From: an uncultured virus (IMG/VR IMGVR_UViG_3300036781_000633)
Taxonomy: Duplodnaviria; Heunggongvirae; Uroviricota; Caudoviricetes
Strand: one strand, 5' to 3'
Length of the DNA: 21,877 nucleotides
Virus record (IMG/VR): IMGVR_UViG_3300036781_000633
Shown here: positions 8,552-16,440 of the stretch, in pieces
How the letters are laid out: every line of letters begins with the position of its first letter
Position numbering within the stretch: the stretch's first letter is position 1
Notes under the pieces: model-generated
Told to the model about the DNA's origin: nothing
Databases searched by the model: none
What the model saw: the letters and a program-made list of their open reading frames with translations, nothing else
Made by a program: the position numbers and the translations under genes

Positions 8552-9181
8552 ATGGGGATCAAACAGTACCTCCGAGTCTCTGATCTTCCTGCGTCGCTTC
8601 GCGGCGCGCTCGAGTCTGTCAGCTACGCGAAGGTTGACATCGCAGTCGAGGCGCAAACCGAGGTTTCGATTCGCGCGCTCGGTGGCGATGGCTATCAAGC
8701 CTTCGCCGTCATCGTCAACCTGGAGACCGGGCAAACCGGTACTCACTGGGGGAGTTGGGGCGGTCCCAACGCATTCTCCAGCGATACCAACCCTGTCGAC
8801 GCAGACGGACGCATGCACGCGATCCCGGTGAACGGAGCTGCGATCACCGGTCGGCGTGGTGGCGGGCGCTCGGTGCTCGCGACGATCCACGTGCACCCGG
8901 ATAACCTCGCGAAACTCTTGCCCGGTGACACCTCGGAGTTGTCGCTTCGCGAGCGCTACGTGCTCCACGTCTACGATGGCATCAAGTCATCCTACCGCGC
9001 GGAGTATCTCCGTTTTATCAAAGGACGCGACGCGCTCGTCATGTCGCTGGTCGAACGCGGCTACCTCAAGCGCAACTCGAACGGAGCGACGCAGATCACC
9101 ACCGCTGGCAAGAACGCGCGCGGCGACGGAAACGCGGATCGGTACCGTTGGGATCTGGAAAAGATGGAGTCGGCGTCGTGA
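8552..9181 (+). CDS. 209-aa hypothetical protein, possible C-terminal winged-helix-like segment
   Basis: GGAGA RBS before ATG 8552. Contains GSWGGPNAF and C-terminal LVERGYLKRNSNGATQITTAGKN. Confidence 0.75.
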   Translation: MGIKQYLRVSDLPASLRGALESVSYAKVDIAVEAQTEVSIRALGGDGYQAFAVIVNLETGQTGTHWGSWGGPNAFSSDTNPVDADGRMHAIPVNGAAITGRRGGGRSVLATIHVHPDNLAKLLPGDTSELSLRERYVLHVYDGIKSSYRAEYLRFIKGRDALVMSLVERGYLKRNSNGATQITTAGKNARGDGNADRYRWDLEKMESAS

Positions 9182-9468
9182 GCGTCAAGATTCCCACGGT
9201 CCATCTCAACGGCACGTCCGGCGAGTCATTGGAAGAGCGCGCATTCTCAGCGGTGCAAGCTGTTTCATCCGCCATCGATGCCATGTGCGAAGCCGGACCT
9301 AATGCACGCGACTATTACATGCAGGGCGACACGGCGGCATTCGACGCGCAACGCGAGCATGAGGATCGCGTGAAGCGTCTCAAGATGGTCCGCGACGAAT
9401 TGCGCGAGATCTGGGAAGGCGTGCGCGATCAGATCGAAGAGCGCGACGCCCGACGGAAGGCGAGGTAG
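9178..9468 (+). CDS. 96-aa phage protein (PTVHLNGT / PNARDYY motifs)
   Basis: GTGA coupling and GGAG RBS. Motif pattern recalled from small phage proteins. Confidence 0.75.
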   Translation: MSVKIPTVHLNGTSGESLEERAFSAVQAVSSAIDAMCEAGPNARDYYMQGDTAAFDAQREHEDRVKRLKMVRDELREIWEGVRDQIEERDARRKAR

Positions 9469-9471
9469 CCC

Positions 9472-9717
9472 GTGACGCAGCCCCCAGACACAAAGCCCGG
9501 CTACTACTACGTGTCAGCCATCGATGGCGCGCGTTCGGCGCGGGTGAGAGGACCCTTTCGCGACGATCACGCAGGAGCGCTCGCATCCGTCGACTCCGCG
9601 CGTGAGCGCATGATCGCCATCGATCCGCGCGCACACTGGTATGCGTTCGGCACGTGCCGGAGCGACGCCGATCTCGGCCCGGGGTATCTCGATGCGACCG
9701 AAGGCGGTGGCTCGTGA
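9472..9717 (+). CDS. 81-aa hypothetical phage protein
   Basis: GAGG RBS before GTG. YYVSAIDG..RGPF..HAGAL..DPRAHWYAFGT. Coupled to the next gene. Confidence 0.7.
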   Translation: MTQPPDTKPGYYYVSAIDGARSARVRGPFRDDHAGALASVDSARERMIAIDPRAHWYAFGTCRSDADLGPGYLDATEGGGS

Positions 9718-10247
9718 CCCGCCTCCCCGCTCGCAACATCATGCTCCGTCGCGTGGAGGGTTCCCCGCACGAGCTCGGCACGTGGCATGCCCGGACGTGG
9801 GATGCCGCCGAGTCACAGATCGCCGTCATGCGACGCACGGCGCCCGCTCGCGGCGGCTACGACAAGGTCCTCGTGCTCGTCACGTTCGAGACGGACGAAA
9901 CCGGCACGCCATACCTCTACTCAACCCGGTACGACATCAAGCACCCCGATGTCACCGACTCCGGCGACAACCTCGCGCGCCACATCCGCCATGACTGGGA
10001 GTTCAAAGCGCTACGCTGGACACCGGCGCACATGGACCGCGACAAGCACCGCGCCTTCCTACTCGATCTGAATATCGACCCCAAGGTGTGGGCGACACGA
10101 TGCGACCGATACGACATCCCCGGCCTCGCCACGTTGTGCGCCCAGTGCGAGGCGAACGCGCGATGGAACGAAGCGGCGGGATGCAAGGCGCTCGCGGAGG
10201 AGTGTCGCGCCTACTGCCGAAACGGCCACAAAGCGGTGGCCTCGTGA
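9714..10247 (+). CDS. 177-aa protein with LPD25-like GGYDK motif
   Basis: GTGA coupling. APARGGYDKVLVLVTFE...YSTRYDI resembles large-polyvalent-protein-associated domain 25 (by eye only). Confidence 0.6.
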   Translation: MTRLPARNIMLRRVEGSPHELGTWHARTWDAAESQIAVMRRTAPARGGYDKVLVLVTFETDETGTPYLYSTRYDIKHPDVTDSGDNLARHIRHDWEFKALRWTPAHMDRDKHRAFLLDLNIDPKVWATRCDRYDIPGLATLCAQCEANARWNEAAGCKALAEECRAYCRNGHKAVAS

Positions 10248-10903
10248 GCAATCCCTACGAAGAGCACTGGATGTCCGTCGATCTCAGCCGAATTGCCAAG
10301 GAGCGTGACGCCATGCAAGCCATCCCCACCGTGACAGCCCCCGTCGCTACCGTTCCAACCTGCCCGACCTGTCACACGCCGACTCATGCCAGCGAGTCGA
10401 ACGACGCTGGCCAGTGCTTCAACTGCGCGCGCCCTGAAGAGGTCAAGCTGACCGATGGCCTGATTCCGTACCGCGGATGGCGAGCTTCGTACGAGTTCCC
10501 CGGGCAGATCGAATGGAGACATCCGCACACCACGACCGTCGTGTTTTCGACTCCGGATCATCAGGATCTTGGCTGGCTGTCGATCGAGATCCAGCAACAG
10601 GATGGCGGAGGTCCGGTCCAAGTCCCGAAGACAAGCGCCAACATGGGAGAAGGAATCGACGAGGGCGCGGAAGTCCCGTTCCCGGTTCGCACGTCCGATG
10701 CGTTGTTTGCCGCTGTCAAGCCGTGGCTCGATCTTCACTACCCCAAGCATCCGGCATACGCCTACGTGCTTGCAGCGCTCACCGAGCACATGGACGGGAT
10801 CAATGGTCCCGAGGGCAAGGAGTACGTGGAGATCATGGAGAACCTCCGCGCCGAGATCGCCCGCCGAATCGATACCTACGTCTCCAACCCCACGAGGCGC
10901 TAA
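10244..10903 (+). CDS. 219-aa hypothetical protein with CxxC...CxxC zinc ribbon
   Basis: GTGA coupling. CPTCH and CFNC motifs. Confidence 0.7.
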   Translation: MSNPYEEHWMSVDLSRIAKERDAMQAIPTVTAPVATVPTCPTCHTPTHASESNDAGQCFNCARPEEVKLTDGLIPYRGWRASYEFPGQIEWRHPHTTTVVFSTPDHQDLGWLSIEIQQQDGGGPVQVPKTSANMGEGIDEGAEVPFPVRTSDALFAAVKPWLDLHYPKHPAYAYVLAALTEHMDGINGPEGKEYVEIMENLRAEIARRIDTYVSNPTRR

Positions 10904-11353
10904 ATGAACCTCGTTACCTCGCACCAACTGGACGACTACATCACCACGCCCGACGACATCGGCGATGCGCTCGTAGAGCTTCACGAGGCAGGCGTCACGA
11001 TGGAGCAACTGATCGCGCATCTACAGGACCAACTCGGCGCATCCGGCGATACGTGCACGCCCCTCGCGGCGGAGGTCTGGATCGGCCGTCGACTCCAGAT
11101 CTTCCGTCCGGTGGAGAACCTCACGGCCGAGCGCGCAATGGAGATCGCGAAGTCGGTCCGCGACACGCACGGCTGGGATTCGCTCTGCACCAATGCCGAG
11201 CGCGACTCCATTCGCGCAGCGTGGCGCATCTGCCCGGGTCACTGGTGCCAGTACAACGTGATCGTCGAGATCTCCGTGGGAGGGATCGTGTTCAAGGACG
11301 GACAGCCCGTGCTGGTCGATCCAAAGGAGGCAGTCGGCGCTCAATCATCCTGA
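10904..11353 (+). CDS. 149-aa hypothetical protein
   Basis: ATG immediately follows the previous TAA. GAGG RBS. Confidence 0.7.
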   Translation: MNLVTSHQLDDYITTPDDIGDALVELHEAGVTMEQLIAHLQDQLGASGDTCTPLAAEVWIGRRLQIFRPVENLTAERAMEIAKSVRDTHGWDSLCTNAERDSIRAAWRICPGHWCQYNVIVEISVGGIVFKDGQPVLVDPKEAVGAQSS

Positions 11354-11400
11354 TACTGTGATACGAACCCATCGCCGCATGGCGGCAGAGGAGTCTCGAG

Positions 11401-11829
11401 ATGTTACGACATGTGATCGTGCTCGGCGTGCTACTCGGCACGTTCGGGATCGCTTCCGCCGAGTCCTTCAAGCTCGGCGCGGGCAAGTACCAGGACGGCC
11501 ACAAGGGGAAGTGTAAGCGGGTCCAGACGTACGAGTGGCTGATGCATATCGTCGGGCGCGGACCGCTCATCACCTGCACCCACGCTGGGACGGCTGACAC
11601 GATGTCGATCACCAGTGGCAAGGAGCCGCCGCTGTTCGCCGACGTCGTCGACAAGTCCACCGGGACATGGCGACTCGATGACACCCACAAACTGATGATC
11701 ACCGTCGACCCGCTCGCGCATCCGCGAGACACGGAGATCACCGTCGGGATCATCGACCGTGCCGACGACACCGAGTGCTACGAGAAATGGATCGGGGTGG
11801 GCGTGCGACAGCCGGAGGTGAAGCCGTGA
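11401..11829 (+). CDS. 142-aa secreted protein
   Basis: GAGGAG RBS. Sec-type signal MLRHVIVLGVLLGTFGIASA. Confidence 0.75.
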   Translation: MLRHVIVLGVLLGTFGIASAESFKLGAGKYQDGHKGKCKRVQTYEWLMHIVGRGPLITCTHAGTADTMSITSGKEPPLFADVVDKSTGTWRLDDTHKLMITVDPLAHPRDTEITVGIIDRADDTECYEKWIGVGVRQPEVKP

Positions 11830-12260
11830 CGACGCCCAAGAACTGGGAGGAAGCGAGGCGCCTTCTCGACGAGCAGGAGCGCATCCGCAACATCGAAGCG
11901 TCCACCGACAACGTCAAGGAACGTCTCAAGCGACGCCAACCTCGGTATCTCGGCGAGTTCGCCGTCGACATCGAACAGAGTCCGTTCGCGGGGTGGACCA
12001 CCGGGCAGTGGGCGCTCCACTACATCGGGCTCTACGGCGGGATCGACGGCGATCATCACAAGGCGTGGGTGCTCGACCAGGTCGCGCGCATCCTGAATGG
12101 CGCGCCGCTCAACGTGGTCGAGGCCAAGTGGGACAACGGGGATTCCGAGTTCCGTTTTGACGTCGGCGACTCCGAAACGTACCGGCAGTGGGTGGTCACC
12201 CTGCGCGCTGGCGAGAACGGCCCCGACTCGTACGACTACAGCGAAGGGATCGCGCCATGA
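11826..12260 (+). CDS. 144-aa phage protein (GGIDGDHHKAWVLDQ motif)
   Basis: GGAGG RBS and GTGA coupling. Distinctive YGGIDGDHHKAWVLDQVARIL and C-terminal EGIAP. Confidence 0.8.
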   Translation: MTTPKNWEEARRLLDEQERIRNIEASTDNVKERLKRRQPRYLGEFAVDIEQSPFAGWTTGQWALHYIGLYGGIDGDHHKAWVLDQVARILNGAPLNVVEAKWDNGDSEFRFDVGDSETYRQWVVTLRAGENGPDSYDYSEGIAP

Positions 12261-13525
12261 CCCGGGGAACCGACACGAAGACCTCGCCCACATCGATCGT
12301 CCAGAGCGGCCCGGCATCGTCCGGGCCCGATCCGGGCAAGCGTTCCGGTACTCAGGGACCCAACTACACCGGTAGCGCGTACGCGGACCACGGAGCGCTG
12401 TGCGAGAGCCAACCCGGGGCGGATGGGTGCTTCCTGCCCGCAAAGGTCCGAGACAAATACATCCCGGAGATCACGCAGCGGATCGCGGCGGTCGGCGAGA
12501 CCTACCAACGAGCCTGCGATGTTGTCCGGCTCGAGCGGCTGATGACACCGTCCACGCAGCCGTCATTCGTCGTCGGCTTGCTCTTCGACATCGTGGTCGG
12601 GAAGTGGACCGGGGGTATCGTCGAGCACTTCGCGGCGCTGCGCGCGGCTGCGTTCCAGACCGCGAACGCCCTGGAGCTCGAGGTTACTGGCGTCATGAAA
12701 CTTGAGGCGGCGACGCTCAACGCGAAGCTCGCGACCGCGGTGGCGAAGGTCAAGCCGCTTGCGGTGCAGTCCGCGGGATCGACTACCACGAGCGCGGCGC
12801 AGTCGTTCATTTCCGCGCTGAAACTCAGCGCGGCCATCGGGTTCCAGACGCTACGCGAGAGCGTGCCAGCCACCGCGACCGATGCTGAACTCATCGGCAT
12901 CCATGAAGCGTTCGACGTCCAGTATCACTCACAGGACTCCTACCAAGTTGCGATCAGCGAGAAGATCGAGCGCTACCTGAAGAGCGGTGTGACGAACATC
13001 GGTCGACAGTCCGACACCTCACGGCAGGGCGTCAGCACCAAGGAGGATGCCGACCCGTACGCGGCCGTCGATACGCGCGTGGCGTGGGCTCGGTTCACCT
13101 CGGGCTATCCAACCCGTCTGGTCTACGAACACGCGAGCTCGCGTGACATCGGTGGCAAGGGCGCGGCGAAATTCGGCGGTGCCGACACGCAACATGCTGG
13201 CGCAACCAAGGCCGGGCTGCCGGGTGAGACGGTCGACGCTGAGGCTGGCGCGCATTTCGTGCCGCAAGAATTCGTCGAGGTCGCGTTGCAGCGTCACATC
13301 GCACAGTGGGGCGGCGATCCCGGGTTCGTCGACATTGATGACTCGGCTTGGTACTGGGAACCTGCGCGCGCAGCTGCCGCGCATCAGCGCAAGCGTCAGG
13401 AACAGAAGTCGTCGATCCCCGTCGTCCAAAGCCCGAACATGACGAGGCTCGACCTCAAACCAGGCATGACCGACGAGCCAATCGTGATCCCCGACGCATT
13501 CAAGCTGAAGGATGGCATGCCGTGA
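12257..13525 (+). CDS. 422-aa hypothetical protein
   Basis: ATGA coupling at the start and GTGA at the end. Long Ala-rich helical ORF with no motif I recognise. Confidence 0.75.
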   Translation: MTRGTDTKTSPTSIVQSGPASSGPDPGKRSGTQGPNYTGSAYADHGALCESQPGADGCFLPAKVRDKYIPEITQRIAAVGETYQRACDVVRLERLMTPSTQPSFVVGLLFDIVVGKWTGGIVEHFAALRAAAFQTANALELEVTGVMKLEAATLNAKLATAVAKVKPLAVQSAGSTTTSAAQSFISALKLSAAIGFQTLRESVPATATDAELIGIHEAFDVQYHSQDSYQVAISEKIERYLKSGVTNIGRQSDTSRQGVSTKEDADPYAAVDTRVAWARFTSGYPTRLVYEHASSRDIGGKGAAKFGGADTQHAGATKAGLPGETVDAEAGAHFVPQEFVEVALQRHIAQWGGDPGFVDIDDSAWYWEPARAAAAHQRKRQEQKSSIPVVQSPNMTRLDLKPGMTDEPIVIPDAFKLKDGMP

Positions 13526-13698
13526 GGGACACACTTATCCGGATCGCCGTCGGGCTCGTGGTCGTGATGATCGCCGTCCTGGGATTCATCGCTGCCGGCG
13601 CGGCGGCGGATCGCAACAATCTCCGCCTCGAGCTATCGCGCGTCCTCGAACGAGAGCGGGCATGCGTCCTACAGCTAGGAAGTAAGAGCAGCCGATGA
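13522..13698 (+). CDS. 58-aa single-pass membrane protein
   Basis: Coupled at both ends. Hydrophobic IAVGLVVVMIAVLGFIAAGAAA followed by a charged helix. Confidence 0.65.
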   Translation: MRDTLIRIAVGLVVVMIAVLGFIAAGAAADRNNLRLELSRVLERERACVLQLGSKSSR

Positions 13699-14195
13699 CA
13701 CCCCCATCCGGCACGATGTCCGCCATGGAAAAACGCGACGCGTGGCTCGAGGCGGAAGCACTGGCGCTCGGCACCGACGAGCAGCGTGAGCGCTGGAACG
13801 CCGGCGCGCTACCCGATCCGGAGATCGCCACCCTGGCCCGCAACCAACTCTTCCAGCCGCTCGACGGCATGGTGCGGTGGCGCAAGATCGGCCCAGAAGA
13901 GATCCGCCATCTCACCCACCTCGGCCTCGGATGCTCAAGCTCGTCGGTGGAGTTCGATTCGAAGCCCACCAACGAGATCGACGCCCAGCAGTGGGTGATT
14001 CGCAATCGCATCATGCGAGCGTGCGCGATCATCGACACTCACGAGTGGATGAAGCGCGCGCGAGCGCACTGTGAAATCGAGGTCATCGATCACATCGCGA
14101 ACTGCGTGTTGTGCGACGTCACTGTGAGTCGGCTGTCGGTGATCGTCCGCGTCCCATGGGTCGGCCGGATGCTGATGAGGGAGTACGCCCTGTGA
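13695..14195 (+). CDS. 166-aa hypothetical protein
   Basis: Coupled at both ends. CVLC near the C-terminus. Confidence 0.7.
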   Translation: MTPPSGTMSAMEKRDAWLEAEALALGTDEQRERWNAGALPDPEIATLARNQLFQPLDGMVRWRKIGPEEIRHLTHLGLGCSSSSVEFDSKPTNEIDAQQWVIRNRIMRACAIIDTHEWMKRARAHCEIEVIDHIANCVLCDVTVSRLSVIVRVPWVGRMLMREYAL

Positions 14196-14602
14196 AATTC
14201 GACCGCGAGATTCGCCTTCTGTACGGCGCTCACCAGATTTTTATCCGGCTGGGGTTCGACCCGGCGGCCCTCTACACCGGCATCAACTGGGGCCGGGTCA
14301 TCCTCGTCGCCGCTCCTGGATATCCCGGGCTCGCCGACCAGTCCGAGCTCGCGAAGGTAAAGCCGCGGTTCGTATTCACGGTCTGCCAGACCGAGATGTA
14401 CGAGGCGTGTTTCAACACGAAGTGGCTCCAGGCCATCGAGCAGATCCAGAGCCTTCGCAACGTCACCGTGGCAGAGCGCGATGCCATGGTCGCCGAGTTC
14501 GAGCGCGATCTCGACCGCGTAGGTCTCGTCATCGCGCTCTATGCGAAGGGCATGCTCCCCGGCCAATCCACGACGACCCCTCCATCGTCCGAGGCGTCGT
14601 GA
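14192..14602 (+). CDS. 136-aa hypothetical protein
   Basis: GAGGGAG RBS, GTGA coupling, and a TGATG link to the next gene. Confidence 0.7.
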   Translation: MKFDREIRLLYGAHQIFIRLGFDPAALYTGINWGRVILVAAPGYPGLADQSELAKVKPRFVFTVCQTEMYEACFNTKWLQAIEQIQSLRNVTVAERDAMVAEFERDLDRVGLVIALYAKGMLPGQSTTTPPSSEAS

Positions 14603-14880
14603 TGGGTGCCGCGTGGTTGGAGCGTCCCCAGGAATGGACGCAGCGGATGATCATCCTCACGCACGTCGCCGACCAGTGCGGCTACGAGAGCGTCATGGCC
14701 ATGCTCGAGGCGGCGACCTTCGACGTCTGCCCGGGCGTCTGCATGGGGTGCAAGACGGTCGTCGATAGCGTCGAGCCCGACACTCGCGACAACTGCTGCG
14801 AGGAGTGCCACGCGGCGGGGCTTGGATGGGATCTGTGCCGTACTGTCAAGAGCGTGCTCGTCATCGCGGAGTTGGTGTGA
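14602..14880 (+). CDS. 92-aa zinc-finger-like phage protein
   Basis: GAGG RBS. CPGVCMGC...VEPD...CCEEC...VKSVL. Confidence 0.75.
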   Translation: MGAAWLERPQEWTQRMIILTHVADQCGYESVMAMLEAATFDVCPGVCMGCKTVVDSVEPDTRDNCCEECHAAGLGWDLCRTVKSVLVIAELV

Positions 14881-15215
14881 AGCCGCGCAAGCAATGCAAG
14901 AAATGCCCGTGGAAGGTCGGCACCAACCCGAACGAGATCCCGAACGGGTACAGCGTCGGAAAACACTGCGACCTCAAGCGCACCATCGCCACTGCCGATA
15001 GTCCCGTGCTCGCAGACTCGCTCCACGTGATGGCGTGCCACGAGACGAGCGTTGGTCAGATTTTGCCGTGCGTCGGGTGGCTCGTGCACCAGATGGGACC
15101 CGGCAATAACTTCGCGCTCCGTCTGCGGGTGGTGACCGGGCAGATCGATGCCAACGTCCAGACCGTCGGTCCGCAACACGAGCGGTTCGAGGACACGCTG
15201 CCGAGGGACAAGTGA
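14877..15215 (+). CDS. 112-aa Cys-rich protein, DUF6283-like
   Basis: GGAG RBS and GTGA coupling. CKKCPWK...MACHET...CVGWL pattern. Confidence 0.7.
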   Translation: MKPRKQCKKCPWKVGTNPNEIPNGYSVGKHCDLKRTIATADSPVLADSLHVMACHETSVGQILPCVGWLVHQMGPGNNFALRLRVVTGQIDANVQTVGPQHERFEDTLPRDK

Positions 15216-16351
15216 ATGCCATCTACAACGAGATCGAACCGTTCGCATGCGACTGGCTCGAGGCGCTCATCGCCGGAGGTCACATCGCCGCCGGCCGCGT
15301 CGAACGGCGAAGCATCACCGAGCTTCGACCAATCGACGTTGCCGGGCCTGGACAGCGCCATTTCTTCGCCGGTATCGCCGGATGGTCTGCCGCCTGTCGA
15401 CTCGCTGGAGTCCCAGACGACGCCGACATCTGGACCGGCTCGTGCCCGTGTCAGCCGTTCTCGGACGCGGGCACGCGGAGCGGAGTACTCGACACTCGAC
15501 ATCTTTGGCCAGCATGGTTCGACCTCATCCGCGAGTGCCGACCTGCAGCGATCTTTGGAGAGCAAGTTGCGTCTCGAGATGGACTCGCGTGGCTCGACCT
15601 TGTTCGCGCTGACCTGGAACGATGCGGTTACGCCTTCGGGGCATCGGATCTGTGCGCTGCGGGCGTCGGATCCCCCCACCGACGACAGCGACTCTATTTC
15701 ATGGCCTACACCCGTGAAGGAGGACGCCCGTTCCTCGGCGAGACACGGATACATGATAGAGGGCAATGCCGGGACCACGTTGCTAGATGCGGTCCGGTTG
15801 GCGGCATGGCCGACAGCGAAGGTGAACGATGCCGAGCGGGGCGGATGCCTGGAACACATGGACGGTCGACGCTCGAATCTGAACGACTCGGTTCATCTAG
15901 CGAGTTGGCCGACGTCGCGAGCGACCGACGGATCGAACGGCTCGACGACGCTTCGCTCAGAGAACGGCATCGACCTGCCAGCCACGGCGGGACTGACGGG
16001 CTGGGCGACGCCGTCCGCGACGGACGGCAAGATCGCATCCAACCCGGGACAGAGACGCGGACAAACGCTCGAGAACTACCGGGCGATGAAGCGCAACATG
16101 AAGTCAGGCGCACGTATCGCGATCACCCATCCTTCGCTCCAGGCGCAACTCGTGGTTTCTGGGCGCGCCCTGACTGGCTCTTCTGTCGCGACGGGAAGTG
16201 GAGGCCAGCTGAACCCGGATCACAGCCGTTGGCTTATGGGGTTCCCGGTCGAGTGGGCCTCTTGCGGGGCTACGGCAACGGCATCGTCCCGGAGGTCGCG
16301 GCGTCATTCATCCGGGCAGCGCGCGCGGCGGTCGAGGAAACGCGACGCTGA
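15212..16351 (+). CDS. DNA cytosine-C5 methyltransferase, catalytic (alpha-type) polypeptide
   Basis: FFAGIAG (motif I), GSCPCQPFS (IV, catalytic Cys), FGEQV (VI), PHRRQRLYF (VIII) and LRGYGNGIVPEVA (X). No recognisable motif IX in this frame. Confidence 0.92.
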   Translation: MNAIYNEIEPFACDWLEALIAGGHIAAGRVERRSITELRPIDVAGPGQRHFFAGIAGWSAACRLAGVPDDADIWTGSCPCQPFSDAGTRSGVLDTRHLWPAWFDLIRECRPAAIFGEQVASRDGLAWLDLVRADLERCGYAFGASDLCAAGVGSPHRRQRLYFMAYTREGGRPFLGETRIHDRGQCRDHVARCGPVGGMADSEGERCRAGRMPGTHGRSTLESERLGSSSELADVASDRRIERLDDASLRERHRPASHGGTDGLGDAVRDGRQDRIQPGTETRTNARELPGDEAQHEVRRTYRDHPSFAPGATRGFWARPDWLFCRDGKWRPAEPGSQPLAYGVPGRVGLLRGYGNGIVPEVAASFIRAARAAVEETRR

Positions 16352-16358
16352 TCGGTAA
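15216..16358 (+). CDS. Overlapping +1-frame methyltransferase beta-type polypeptide (WPT repeats and motif IX); true start probably internal
   Basis: Open for 380 codons across the whole MTase gene. Four W(P/A)T repeats and LNPDHSRWLMGFPVEW, which matches C5-MTase motif IX. Confidence 0.75.
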   Translation: MPSTTRSNRSHATGSRRSSPEVTSPPAASNGEASPSFDQSTLPGLDSAISSPVSPDGLPPVDSLESQTTPTSGPARARVSRSRTRARGAEYSTLDIFGQHGSTSSASADLQRSLESKLRLEMDSRGSTLFALTWNDAVTPSGHRICALRASDPPTDDSDSISWPTPVKEDARSSARHGYMIEGNAGTTLLDAVRLAAWPTAKVNDAERGGCLEHMDGRRSNLNDSVHLASWPTSRATDGSNGSTTLRSENGIDLPATAGLTGWATPSATDGKIASNPGQRRGQTLENYRAMKRNMKSGARIAITHPSLQAQLVVSGRALTGSSVATGSGGQLNPDHSRWLMGFPVEWASCGATATASSRRSRRHSSGQRARRSRKRDADR

Positions 16359-16440
16359 GGCGGGATCGGCCCACGAATTGGCACTGGCTAGACGTTTGGC
16401 TTAGGGTGAACGAATTCTCTCCAACGAAAGGACTCCGGGT

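Noticed and set aside
14877..16440. Complete restriction-modification system
   Set aside because: No neighbouring ORF shows PD-(D/E)xK, HNH or GIY-YIG nuclease motifs, so the MTase appears to be orphan.
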